DNA of 64,000 nt, from the NCBI GenBank assembly GCA_965208575.1, contig CBDBOV010000005.1, forward strand, positions 960,001 to 1,024,000, in the 5' to 3' direction. The stretch comes from Spirochaetia bacterium. Lineage in GTDB: Bacteria > Spirochaetota > Spirochaetia > SZUA-6 > Bin103. The notes beneath the pieces were generated by a model that saw only the letters and a program-made list of their open reading frames with translations, did not search any database and was not told the origin of the DNA. Shown here in pieces: positions 10,231-20,260 of this stretch; position 1 is the stretch's first letter, and each line of letters starts with the position of its first letter. Position numbers and translations under genes: made by a program.

Positions 10231-12048
10231 CTGCCGCCGGTCGAGGAGCGGCTGCCCGACAACCCGCAGGTCATGGAGCCGTGGGAAGAGGTCGGCAGAT
10301 ACGGCGGCACGCTGCGCACAACCAGCCTGGATCCCAACTGGGACCCGATCATCCGCCACGTGGCCAACGCCGACCTGGTGGAGATGCTGGCCAGTCCCAC
10401 CGCTCACCATGCCAACCTGGTGGGCGTTGAGGTGCGTCCGGGGGTGTACGAGGACTGGTCGATCAGCGACGACGGCACCAGTTGGACCTTCACGCTGCGG
10501 CGCGGCTTGAAGTGGTCGGATGGGGAACGGGTCACCACCGAGGACGTACGCTTCTTCTTCGAGGACATCATGGAGAACGAGGACCTCTACCCCAACTACC
10601 CGGTGTGGCTGGTGCGCGGGGGGCAGCCCCCCGAGTTCGTGGCGGTGGACGAGCAAACGTTCCGCCTCGACTTCGCGGAGCCCTACGGCCTGCTGGAGGT
10701 TATTCTTCATACCCACGGCAGCGGCGGCGTGGCACGGACCATGAAGCCGGCCCACTACCTGAAGCAGTTCCATCGCGACTACAACGACATGGACAGGATT
10801 CTTCCGGTCATGAAGGAGAAGGGCTTCGGCGAAGACGAGTGGCCGCGCTTCATGCTGGAAACCGGGGCCGGCCTGCTGAGCTGGGACGGCACCTACATGA
10901 TGGCCGTGATGGAGCCCCTGGAGTTCCCGGTAGTGAACCCCTGGCAGGTGCAGGAGGTGATCGGCCCCGGCGAATACCTGTTCGTGCGCAATCCCTACTA
11001 CTTCAAGATCGACACCGCCGGCAATCAGCTTCCCTACATCGACTACATCCGCAAGTCCACCGCCGAGGATCCGGAGGTGCTGTCGCTGAAGATTCTGACC
11101 GGTGAGCTGGACGTCGAGGGAGGTTACTTCGTCAAGCTGAGCGACTATCCGCTGTACGTGGAAAACCAGGACAAGGGCAACTTCGACATTCTGCTGACCA
11201 AGGACTGGCTCGACCACCCGTTGATCTTCTTCTTCAACAACGCGCCGGCGGACCCGGTGCTCAGGGAGCTGGTGCAGGACCCGCGTCTCGGCCAGGCGAT
11301 GTCGCTGGCGCTCGACCGGCAGGACTTCATCGAGTCTCTGTTCCTGGGCTTCGGCCGTCCCGCGCAGGTGTCGCCGGTGCGCGGCAACCCGATGTTCAGA
11401 CAGGAGCTGGAAGATTCCTACGCCGCCTACGATCCCGACCAGGCCAATGCCCTGCTCGATGCGATGGGCCTGGAGTGGGATGCCAACAACGAGTTCCGCC
11501 TGCGTCCCGACGGCGAGCGGTTTACCATTCCGCTGACCTACTACGAGGTGTTCCCGTCGGTCACGCCGGGTTCCGAGCTGGCGTCGCAGTACTGGAAGGA
11601 TATCGGTATCCACGTGCCTACCAAGGCGATGGACGGCGGCGCCTGGTGGACGGCGTTCCAGGCCAATGAGCACGTGCTCACTACCTGGGGCCTGGGCAGC
11701 GCCAGTGTCGTGCCGTCCTGGTTCTTCCAGGGCTTCAGCACCACCACACCCACCTGGTGGCGCTGGTACCAGACCGGCGGCGCCGAGGGTGTCGAGCCGA
11801 CCGCAGCGGGCAAGCGGGCGTACGAATTGCGCGACATCATCCAGTCCACCCCGTCCGCGGAGGAGCGCCTGGCCGCAAGCCGCGAGGTGTTCGAGATTCA
11901 GGCCGAGCACCTGTGGGTGATCGGCGTGGCGGTGGACGTTCCTTCGCCGCTGGTGCACTCCCGGCGGATCGGCAACATCGGCATCGCCAAGGACTTCTAC
12001 AACATCACCGTGCTCGACGGCGGCGAGCAATGGTTCTTTAAGAACTGA
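10231..12048 (+). pseudogene. 5'-truncated family-5 substrate-binding protein (no signal peptide)
   Basis: Homology starts abruptly at LPPVEERLPDNP (10231), only 44 bp after the previous stop. The leader and EAPML region present in the paralogues at 5846 and 49355 are missing. Confidence 0.8.
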
Positions 12049-12083
12049 TGGTTCTTCAAGAACTGATGGTTCTTTAGAACTGA
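12030..12083 (+). repeat. Triplicated 18-bp unit spanning the binding-protein stop codon
   Basis: ATGGTTCTTTAAGAACTG / ATGGTTCTTCAAGAACTG / ATGGTTCTTT-AGAACTG. Confidence 0.9.
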
Positions 12084-12166
12084 GTCGCCGAGACGGTTGA
12101 TTCGTACCGCAGAACGTGAGATGCCCGTCGGCGCCGTGACAACGGCTGCCGGCGGGCTCTGATCCT

Positions 12167-13159
12167 GTGCTGTACTACCTCCTGCGCCGCTCGCTCTACA
12201 TGCTGCTGTTGCTGGTGGTGCTGTCGATGGCGGGCTTCGCCATCATCCAGCTCCCGCCCGGCGACTACCTGAACAGCTATATCCAGGCGCTGGCGATGCG
12301 CGGCGCCGCCCCGGACGAAGCGGAGCTGGCCGCGCTCAAGCGCCAGTACGGCCTCGACCTGCCGCTGCACCGCCAATACCTGAAGTGGGCCGGGCGCGCG
12401 CTGGCCGGTGATTTCGGTCGCTCCATGGACTGGCGCAAGCCGGTCTCGGAGCTGATCGCCGACCGCATGCTGCTGACGGTGATCATGAACGCCGCGGCGA
12501 TGGTGTTCATCTACGTGGTGGCGATTCCGATCGGGATTTTCGCCGCCACCCACCAATACTCGGTCGGCGACCACGCGCTGACGGTGGTCAGCCTGACCGG
12601 GCTGGCGACGCCGCAGTTCCTGCTGGCGCTGGTGCTGATGGTGTTCATGGTGCGCAACTTCGGCGCCAGCGTCGGCGGCCTGTTCTCGCCCGAGTACGTC
12701 GACGCCGCCTGGAGCGTGGGCCGGGTGATCGACCTGCTGGCGCACCTGCCGGTGCCGGTGGTCATCATCGGCCTGTCCGGGACCGCGGCGCTGATCCGGG
12801 TGATGCGCAGCGGGGTGCTCGACGAGTTGAAGAAGCAGTACGTGGTGACCGCCCGCGCCAAGGGCGCCACCGAACGCGCCCTGCTGTTCAAGTACCCGGT
12901 GCGGGTGGCGATCAACCCGATCATCAGCACGGTCGGCTGGATGCTGCCGGCCACCATCTCGGGCGGCACCATCACGGCGGTGGTGCTCAGCCTGCCCACG
13001 GTGGGCCCGATGCTGCTGCGCGCCCTGCGCAACCAGGACATGTTCCTGGGCGGCACCATCGTCATGCTGCTCGGCTTCCTGACCGTGATCGGGACCTTCG
13101 TCTCCGACATGCTGCTGATGTGGATCGACCCGCGCATCCGTTACGAACGGAGCCGTTGA
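12167..13159 (+). CDS. ABC transporter permease (OppB/DppB-type)
   Basis: TARAKGA loop and DPRIRY. Paralogue of 7988..8983. Confidence 0.95.
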   Translation: MLYYLLRRSLYMLLLLVVLSMAGFAIIQLPPGDYLNSYIQALAMRGAAPDEAELAALKRQYGLDLPLHRQYLKWAGRALAGDFGRSMDWRKPVSELIADRMLLTVIMNAAAMVFIYVVAIPIGIFAATHQYSVGDHALTVVSLTGLATPQFLLALVLMVFMVRNFGASVGGLFSPEYVDAAWSVGRVIDLLAHLPVPVVIIGLSGTAALIRVMRSGVLDELKKQYVVTARAKGATERALLFKYPVRVAINPIISTVGWMLPATISGGTITAVVLSLPTVGPMLLRALRNQDMFLGGTIVMLLGFLTVIGTFVSDMLLMWIDPRIRYERSR

Positions 13160-13162
13160 ACG

Positions 13163-14305
13163 GTGGCGGAGCCGCAGGTGTCGAGTGCTGTCGCGACCGC
13201 CGCCGAGCAGGCGGAAGAGCGTCTCTTTCTCGCTTCGCAGTGGCGCCTCATGTGGCGTCGCCTGGGCCGCCACCGGGTGGCGCTGGCCGGCGGCGTGGTA
13301 CTGCTGCTGTTCTACCTCACCATGTGCCTGGGGGCGGAGTTCGTCGCCCCCTACACCAAGGACACCCGCTTCAAGGCATTCTCGTTCGCCCCGCCGGCGC
13401 GGATTCGCGTGGTAGACGCCGACGGGCGCCTGCGGCTGCCGTTCGTCTACGGCCTGGAGTCGGGACGCGATCCGGTTTCGTTCCGCAAGGTGTACACCGA
13501 GGACGTGAGCGTCCGTTACCCGCTGCGCCTGTTCGCGCGCGGCGAGCCGTACCTGCTGTGGGGGCGATTCCCGGCCGACCGCCACCTGATCGGCGTGGAC
13601 GAGCCGGGCCTGCTGCTGCTGTTCGGCAGCGACGAGCTGGGCCGCGACCTGTTTTCGCGCACCCTGTACGGGGGCCGCATCTCGCTGTCGATCGGCCTGG
13701 TCGGGGTGGCGGTGAGCTTCGTGCTCGGCTGCATCCTGGGCGGGCTGTCGGGGTTCTACGGCGGCGGCATCGACAATGCCATACAGCGCGTCATCGAGTT
13801 CCTGCTGTCGATACCCACCATCCCGCTGTGGATGGCGCTGGCGGCGGCGGTGCCGGTCGACTGGCCGCCGCTGCGGGTGTACTTCGGCATCACCATCATC
13901 CTGTCGATCATCGGCTGGACGGCGCTGGCGCGGGTGGTGCGCGGCAAGCTGATCAGCACCCGCGAGGAGGACTTCGTGGTGGCGGCACAGATCGCCGGCT
14001 CGACCGAGCGCAAGATCATCGTACGCCACCTGCTGCCGTCGTTCCTGAGCTACCTGATCGTCGACCTGACGCTGTCGATCCCGCGCATGATCCTGGGCGA
14101 GACGGCGCTCAGCTTCCTGGGCCTGGGGCTACGCCCGCCGGTGGTGAGCTGGGGAGTGCTGCTGAACCAGGCGCAGAACGTCAAGGCGGTGGCCCTGCAC
14201 CCGTGGATGCTGATCCCGGCGGTGTTCGTGATCGTGTCGGTGCTGGCCTTCAACCTGCTCGGCGACGGCCTGCGCGACGCCGCCGACCCCTACGCCTCGC
14301 ATTGA
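13163..14305 (+). CDS. ABC transporter permease (OppC/DppC-type)
   Basis: [36 protein letters not shown]. Confidence 0.95.
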   Translation: MAEPQVSSAVATAAEQAEERLFLASQWRLMWRRLGRHRVALAGGVVLLLFYLTMCLGAEFVAPYTKDTRFKAFSFAPPARIRVVDADGRLRLPFVYGLESGRDPVSFRKVYTEDVSVRYPLRLFARGEPYLLWGRFPADRHLIGVDEPGLLLLFGSDELGRDLFSRTLYGGRISLSIGLVGVAVSFVLGCILGGLSGFYGGGIDNAIQRVIEFLLSIPTIPLWMALAAAVPVDWPPLRVYFGITIILSIIGWTALARVVRGKLISTREEDFVVAAQIAGSTERKIIVRHLLPSFLSYLIVDLTLSIPRMILGETALSFLGLGLRPPVVSWGVLLNQAQNVKAVALHPWMLIPAVFVIVSVLAFNLLGDGLRDAADPYASH

Positions 14306-14310
14306 TGCGT
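14200..14310 (+). repeat. Left copy of an exact 111-bp direct repeat (permease 3' end)
   Basis: Identical base for base to 20093..20203 (CCCGTGGATGCTG...GCCTCGCATTGATGCGT). Confidence 0.97.
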
Positions 14311-14554
14311 TGCGTATGCATGACCGCTCACTTCCCTCTCGACAGAACACTACCGAAGCCCAAAGTGGCGCCGGTCCGGGTTGCGCATCCACTTGTTCCG
14401 CGGCCACAGGGACATGCCTCCGCCATGACGACCATCGGCTACCCGAGCTTCACCCGGTGCGCAACCCTTTTGACCTGATCCACGCCAAACAAGTACTCTC
14501 GTGTGCATCTCCTATTCTGAGGTCCCAATATCCCGGTTAGAGGACGAACACCCC

Positions 14555-17500
14555 ATGGCGACTATGCAAGCGGTTTTTGAGCGACTGATAGACTCCGGTG
14601 ATCTGCACTGCATGGATCGAGTCGACTTGCCTGCTCGTGCCCAGCGGCTCGCTACGATACCAGAGGGATTCCGCACCGGCGCGCCGGGCCGGTGGTTGAT
14701 GAACGATCCCAAGCTCGAAGGGAGACTGTGGCTCCACCAAGCCAAGGCAATGAGAGCTGCTGCACAAGGCAAGAATGTTATCGTTTCGACCGGAACAGCA
14801 TCCGGAAAATCGTTAGTCTTTCAATCTATTGCGTACCGAACCATGGAGGTCGATGACGAGGCCGTCGTCATGGTTTTCTACCCACTCAAAGCGCTGGCGA
14901 ATGATCAGTGGGAGTCATGGCGAGACAGTGCTGAAGCGGCAGGTTTCAGCAGAGCATTAGTCGACCGAATAGATGGATCAGTACCGCGCCATGAGCGGGC
15001 CCAGAAACTTCGTGATGCCCGAATAGTACTGATGACTCCAGACGTTTGTCATGCTTGGTTGATGCAGGAGATATCGAATCCTTACCACGCCGAATTTATT
15101 TCTCGGTTGGCGTTGATAATCATCGATGAGGCGCATACACTCGAGGGGGTATTCGGGAGTAATTTTGCATATTTGTTCCGCCGAGTATGTGCAGTCAGAT
15201 ATCGTGTTCTCCAATCCAATAAGAGGCAAACCAAGTTGCAGGTAGTTGCCGCCAGTGCAACGATAGATGCTCCCGATAATCATCTCGGTAGTCTCACGGG
15301 AATGCAGTACGTAACGGTTGCTGAATCCGACAATGGGTCACCACGAAGTGCGCAGGCTATCATACACATCCAGGAGAAGCCATCCGATAAGGAGATCGGC
15401 GCTATTCTTCGACGATTGGTGGATGAATCTGATGACGGTAGTTTCATAGTGTTCAGGGACTCAAGGATGGGAGCTGAGCGCATTGCCGCGCAGGTGGACC
15501 GTCCCAAGCGCATCAATCCATACAGAAGCGGTTACGAGCCTAAAGACCGTACCGCAATTGAAGATGCTCTCCGGAAGGGCTCCCTCAGGGGAGTCGTCTC
15601 CACGTCTGCGCTCGAACTAGGGATCGACATTCCTCACTTTTCCGTTGGCCTGAACATCGGTGTACCGCACTCGCGCAAGTCGTTCCGTCAGCGTCTCGGG
15701 CGTGTCGGACGACTTGGTCCCGGCGTGTTCGGCATCGTCGCCCCATCCTTTGCGTTCAATCGCTTCGGGATGACACTGATGGACTATTATCGCGAGTCGG
15801 TGGAGCCGTCTTACCTGTACCTGAATAACCGCTTCATGCAGTATGCACATGCTCGCTGCCTCGCCGAAGAACTGGAGATGCTCGGTATGGGCGGGCGCAA
15901 GAGGGTTCCGGGTAGGGTGTCTTGGCCGGATGGATTCAGCGAGAAACTCGATTTTGCATATGCCGGAAGCCCTGCCGCGCGGCCCCGCGAGTACGATCAG
16001 ATATTCAACATCGGAGGCGATCAGCCTCATCTCAACTATCCGTTGCGAGGGATAGCGGAGGAGACGTTCACCGTCGGTAGAGGCGGACCGGCTGGAAGCA
16101 TCGTTCGTTTTGAGCAGCTGAGCCTGCAACAAGCTGTTCGCGAAGCTTTTCCGGGGGCGATCTATCTTAGTCGGGCTCGTGGGTGGAGGGTGCAGGAGTG
16201 GAGAAACACGGCGTTTGAGCGGACGATCCGCGTGGCTCCGTCGTCTTCTCTCCGCTCACCGAAGCCACTTATAAGGACCTACGTGAACTTGAGTCTGGAC
16301 GTAGAGAGCGTGGTGGAGGGACACCTGCGATCGAGCAGCCAAGGAGTCCTTGCGGAGTGTCAACTGCAGATCACCGAGCGGGTCGAAGGCTACCGGCAGG
16401 GTGACGAGCGATTCTTTTACAAGGAACTCCGCCAAACGAAACGTGGAATGACTCCGAAGACACGTGACTTCCGCACCACTGGCATCGTGTTGCGAATTCA
16501 AGACCCGTGGTTTGCGGAAAAGGGCGTCAAGGAAGCCGTCGCGGAGGCTCTCCGTGAACTCATTCTAAGTGAGTACAGCATATCGCCCAATGATGTCGGC
16601 TCTGCGGCCACCAATGTCTCCGAGGTACGTAACGGGAGGCGCCAACGGCTGACCGACACTGTCGTCCTCTTTGACTCGACCCACGGCAGTCTGCGATTGA
16701 CCGAGCCAGCGTATACTGATTTGGATCATCTGTTGCAACGGCTCAGCCGTTCGGTTGAGATGACTGCGCCAAACGAGCACCTTCTTTCGTCGAATACTAT
16801 CCAGCGTCTACGCGAGTGGTTCAGTCGACTCGAAAGGAGCGGGTCCTCGGATATCGCCGGCCTCGGAACACCGGATGAGGCGGTTCCGGAAGGCTGGTTG
16901 CATGTGTTTGACGCCGGAAGCCTGGTCGCATACCGAGATTCGAAGCAAGTACTTCGTGACATCACGATTACCGGTCGACAGTTGATGCAAATGGGTGACG
17001 GATTACACTTGGTGTACACCTATCAAGGGGACGGCTTTACTGCCTCGATCCCGGCTGATCGAGTCGAAGCCGTTGGCGAGAACTGGGACATGGTGTATTG
17101 GAATCCGAAGACCAACGAGTGCCGTGAGTCATTCGACGAGACTCCGGCGCCGACCATCCGAGACGACTTGGGCACTAGTCCCTACATCGTTGGGAATCCC
17201 GTGGACCAGGAAGACATGTTCTTCGGCCGCGCGGTTGTCATGGACCAGATCAAAAGGCAACTCGGCGGCGGCAACCACGCCAATGTGATCTTGCTTGAGG
17301 GCAACCGCCGAACCGGCAAGACGTCGATCCTGCGGCAACTGGACAAAACGGAACTTCTCTCCGGTTGGGTGCCAGTGTACTGTTCGCTTCAGGACGTAGA
17401 TAGTATCGCCACTGCTGACATTTTCAGGTTGTTGATGCTAAAAACTGGTTGGACGCTCGCCGACGCCGGCATTGATACTTGGATACCCGGTGTGACGCGT

Positions 17501-18391
17501 CCTGACTCCCAACAGCCCCACAAACTATCATTCCGCTCGGCGCTTGGTCGCGCTCTTGCCGAGGGGCATCCATTCGAGACACTCGAGCTCTATCTTTCCG
17601 CAGCGATCGAGGCAGCCAAGCCACTCCGGATCCTGCTCATGCTGGACGAATTCGACAAGCTCCAGGAGGGTATCGACCGCGGTATAACCAGCGCCCAAGT
17701 TCCTGAGAACATCCGTCACCTGCTGCAGCACCAATCAGGTCTCGGTGCGATCATCACCGGATCCCGTCGTCTAAAGAGGCTGCGAAAGGAATACTGGTCG
17801 GCGTTGTTCGGGTTCGGCTATCGCATCGGGGTGAGCGCGCTGCCGCGCGACGAAGCGGAGCGGCTAGTGACTGAGCCGGTTGCAGGTCTTCTCGACTACG
17901 ATCCGCGAGCATGTGGTCGGGTGGTGGACGTGTGTGCTTGTCATCCGTTCTTGGTCCAGTCGCTTTGTAGCCGGATCTTCGACCGGGCAGCGACCGAAGG
18001 AAAACGAACGATCACGGTCGACATGGTCGAACGTGCGTCAAGTGAAATGGTGCGGGACAACGAGCACTTCCACACCTTATGGGGCTACGCCGGCAGCGAG
18101 CGCCGGAGACTGATCCTGGCGATCTGCTCCGCGTTGGGGAACGGGACCCAAGCCGTAGGCCTTGCGCAGCTAAGCACCAAACTCGATGAGAGTGGAGTTT
18201 CGATTCATAGCGACGATGAGTTGACAGAAGATGTCTCCGAACTCCGCGAGCTTGAGATGATCGAATTCGATGAGTCATCGAATGGCGGCACCTATCGGCT
18301 ATCCGTACCTCTGATGGCCACTTGGATCGAAATGAACGTCGACTTCCAAGATTTGTTGGCACGTGCCGTCTGGGAGGGTAAGTCCGCGTGA
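14555..18391 (+). CDS. SF2 DEAH helicase (YprA/MrfA/Hrq1-like) fused to a C-terminal STAND-like AAA ATPase
   Basis: Helicase motifs: LWLHQ, STGTASGKS, IIDEAH, ASAT, STSALELGIDI, QRLGRVGR. Second NTPase: PYIVGNPV..FFGR, GNRRTGKTS, LMLDEFD, followed by a wHTH-like tail. AGAGGA RBS before ATG 14555. Confidence 0.9.
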   Translation: MATMQAVFERLIDSGDLHCMDRVDLPARAQRLATIPEGFRTGAPGRWLMNDPKLEGRLWLHQAKAMRAAAQGKNVIVSTGTASGKSLVFQSIAYRTMEVDDEAVVMVFYPLKALANDQWESWRDSAEAAGFSRALVDRIDGSVPRHERAQKLRDARIVLMTPDVCHAWLMQEISNPYHAEFISRLALIIIDEAHTLEGVFGSNFAYLFRRVCAVRYRVLQSNKRQTKLQVVAASATIDAPDNHLGSLTGMQYVTVAESDNGSPRSAQAIIHIQEKPSDKEIGAILRRLVDESDDGSFIVFRDSRMGAERIAAQVDRPKRINPYRSGYEPKDRTAIEDALRKGSLRGVVSTSALELGIDIPHFSVGLNIGVPHSRKSFRQRLGRVGRLGPGVFGIVAPSFAFNRFGMTLMDYYRESVEPSYLYLNNRFMQYAHARCLAEELEMLGMGGRKRVPGRVSWPDGFSEKLDFAYAGSPAARPREYDQIFNIGGDQPHLNYPLRGIAEETFTVGRGGPAGSIVRFEQLSLQQAVREAFPGAIYLSRARGWRVQEWRNTAFERTIRVAPSSSLRSPKPLIRTYVNLSLDVESVVEGHLRSSSQGVLAECQLQITERVEGYRQGDERFFYKELRQTKRGMTPKTRDFRTTGIVLRIQDPWFAEKGVKEAVAEALRELILSEYSISPNDVGSAATNVSEVRNGRRQRLTDTVVLFDSTHGSLRLTEPAYTDLDHLLQRLSRSVEMTAPNEHLLSSNTIQRLREWFSRLERSGSSDIAGLGTPDEAVPEGWLHVFDAGSLVAYRDSKQVLRDITITGRQLMQMGDGLHLVYTYQGDGFTASIPADRVEAVGENWDMVYWNPKTNECRESFDETPAPTIRDDLGTSPYIVGNPVDQEDMFFGRAVVMDQIKRQLGGGNHANVILLEGNRRTGKTSILRQLDKTELLSGWVPVYCSLQDVDSIATADIFRLLMLKTGWTLADAGIDTWIPGVTRPDSQQPHKLSFRSALGRALAEGHPFETLELYLSAAIEAAKPLRILLMLDEFDKLQEGIDRGITSAQVPENIRHLLQHQSGLGAIITGSRRLKRLRKEYWSALFGFGYRIGVSALPRDEAERLVTEPVAGLLDYDPRACGRVVDVCACHPFLVQSLCSRIFDRAATEGKRTITVDMVERASSEMVRDNEHFHTLWGYAGSERRRLILAICSALGNGTQAVGLAQLSTKLDESGVSIHSDDELTEDVSELRELEMIEFDESSNGGTYRLSVPLMATWIEMNVDFQDLLARAVWEGKSA

Positions 18392-19992
18392 CGCCCAATC
18401 CCTATCAGGTCCTTGGACCTTCGGTCCCGGCCATGATTGGGCGCGCTGAACTCATGCGCAGGTTCGACAACCACTTGTTGAAGCCGACGCCCGATCACGT
18501 TTCGGTTGTCGGCCCTGGCCATTACGGTAAGTCGGTGCTGCTGAAACACCTCGCTAGCGTCTACGGCGGCGGACGGGGCGGCTATCTTGCAGCTGCGTAC
18601 GTAGACCTTCGGCACGGGACTCCCTCGTCGGACCAAGATTTCATGAGCCGGTTCGCGGACGAGATCAAGACGACGTTACAGTCGGCCCGTCCGGAGCTTG
18701 ACGAGCTGATCGATGTCGACGATGAGAACATACACGAGATGCTGGGGCTGGTGTTCGAGGATATCGAGAAGCACGGTACACGCATCCTCGTCGTACTCGA
18801 CGGCTTCGATTACGCGCTCGCGGGTACCGGACTGACACGCAACCTGTGGGATCAGCTCCGCGTGCTCGCGCAGATACCAAGTCTACGACTGGTTACCGGG
18901 AGTCGGCGTCCTCTGCGCGAGCTGTGCCGGACCGAGGAATCTCGTACCTCCGACTTCTGGGAAATCTTCTACGACACGCCACTGCGCGTCACGGCTCTCA
19001 AAGACGCTGACGTAACGGAGTTCCTGAGGCCGCTCCGTGAATCGGGTTGTGAGTTCGACGGGCCGGCCCTTAAGGAAATCTCGAACTGGACAGGGGGTGT
19101 GCCGCTCTTGCTGTGTGCACTTCTGCAGTGGCTGTGGACGGAACACCGAGGCGCGCGTCTTGCCAAGTCGGAGATCGACCGAGCCGCGGATAAGTTGCTG
19201 GCCGAGCGGCGTCAACTCCTAGACGCGCTCTGGGATGATTGCAACGGCGAATTGCGGGCCGACTTGGGCGTGCTGGGCGATCAGGACATATGGTTGACCG
19301 ATCTTTCCGACCGGCGACGACGCGCGGTGGAGGAGCGAGGCTTTGGTCGCGTATCGGGAAGCCGGCTGCGCAGTTCCTGCCGTCTCATGCAGCGCTATGC
19401 TCGGGCGCAGGCGCCCGCTATCGCCGACCTGACACGTCTACTGGGCACCTCCGTTGGTTTCGCGACTCACGTTCGATCGCTGTTGGATCTGCGCCTTGCA
19501 CAGGTATCGGTCGACGGCGCGGATGAGGACCTGCGTGCATTCGTCATGAACGCCATCCGCGACCTCTCCCCGGTGCCCGGACGCGCACTCGTGTGGATCA
19601 GGAGTATCGCGAACCGGGCGCTGAAGCTCGTCTGGGAGGCCGAGCTTCCGCCTGATAGGACGCTGCCGGTGGAGTGGTGCGATGATTGGGACGGGGTGGG
19701 CGTGAACTATCCGGTTGCCCATGGGAAGCTGCCCCGCTCACCCGGGGCGCAGTGCAACATACTGCGCCTGGCGACTGGCACAGAGCGGACGGCGCGCTGC
19801 ACCAAGTACGTCACCAAGACGACCTGCCTGCTTATCGACTACCTACAGTCAGTTGGCGACTTCGGGCAACATCGTGACGACTTCCCGGACGTCACGGTCA
19901 ACGTCGGATTCGCAACTGCCGCCGTACTCGCCGCCATATCGCTGACAGAGTGTCTGACCGCAGATCTCCTAAGGCTGCCGAGTGCCGAATGA
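18388..19992 (+). CDS. STAND-like P-loop ATPase with degenerate Walker B and an unknown C-terminal domain
   Basis: NPY..MIGR, GPGHYGKS (Walker A), VVLDGFD (Walker B lacking Glu), WTGGVP. GTGA overlap with the helicase stop. Confidence 0.82.
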   Translation: MTPNPYQVLGPSVPAMIGRAELMRRFDNHLLKPTPDHVSVVGPGHYGKSVLLKHLASVYGGGRGGYLAAAYVDLRHGTPSSDQDFMSRFADEIKTTLQSARPELDELIDVDDENIHEMLGLVFEDIEKHGTRILVVLDGFDYALAGTGLTRNLWDQLRVLAQIPSLRLVTGSRRPLRELCRTEESRTSDFWEIFYDTPLRVTALKDADVTEFLRPLRESGCEFDGPALKEISNWTGGVPLLLCALLQWLWTEHRGARLAKSEIDRAADKLLAERRQLLDALWDDCNGELRADLGVLGDQDIWLTDLSDRRRRAVEERGFGRVSGSRLRSSCRLMQRYARAQAPAIADLTRLLGTSVGFATHVRSLLDLRLAQVSVDGADEDLRAFVMNAIRDLSPVPGRALVWIRSIANRALKLVWEAELPPDRTLPVEWCDDWDGVGVNYPVAHGKLPRSPGAQCNILRLATGTERTARCTKYVTKTTCLLIDYLQSVGDFGQHRDDFPDVTVNVGFATAAVLAAISLTECLTADLLRLPSAE

Positions 19993-20006
19993 CTTGAATG
20001 CCCAGT

Positions 20007-20203
20007 CGCTCAGCTTCCCGGGCCTGGCGCTGCGGCCGCCCGTGGTGAACAAGGGTTGCTGACGAGCCGCAAACGTCGATACGGTGGCCTCGCCCGTGGA
20101 TGCTGATCCCGGCGGTGTTCGTGATCGTGTCGGTGCTGGCCTTCAACCTGCTCGGCGACGGCCTGCGCGACGCCGCCGACCCCTACGCCTCGCATTGATG
20201 CGT
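20007..20203 (+). repeat. Orphan permease 3'-end copy (right direct repeat)
   Basis: 20007..20092 is a degenerate, indel-bearing copy of 14106..14199. 20093..20203 is exact. Confidence 0.95.
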
Positions 20204-20260
20204 CTGTATCGCACTGACCGCACCAGTTGACGCGGCGCGGCTATCCGTTACGCTCAGGAT

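Larger units (their letters stand above)
14311..20203. mobile_element. Integrase-less genomic islet bounded by direct repeats
   Basis: Visibly lower GC and different codon usage than the flanks. Flanked by the 111-bp repeat and carries two genes. Confidence 0.75.

Noticed and set aside
12030-12083. Possible CRISPR array
   Set aside because: The units are 18 bp and contiguous, with no spacers and no cas genes.
14405-14426. CATGCCTCCGCCA resembling a tRNA-Sec/tmRNA 3' end
   Set aside because: No T-loop GTTCGA or cloverleaf, and too short to support.
14378-14467. Integron attC site
   Set aside because: The GTT and AAC boxes are in the wrong order, no intI is present, and there are no further copies.
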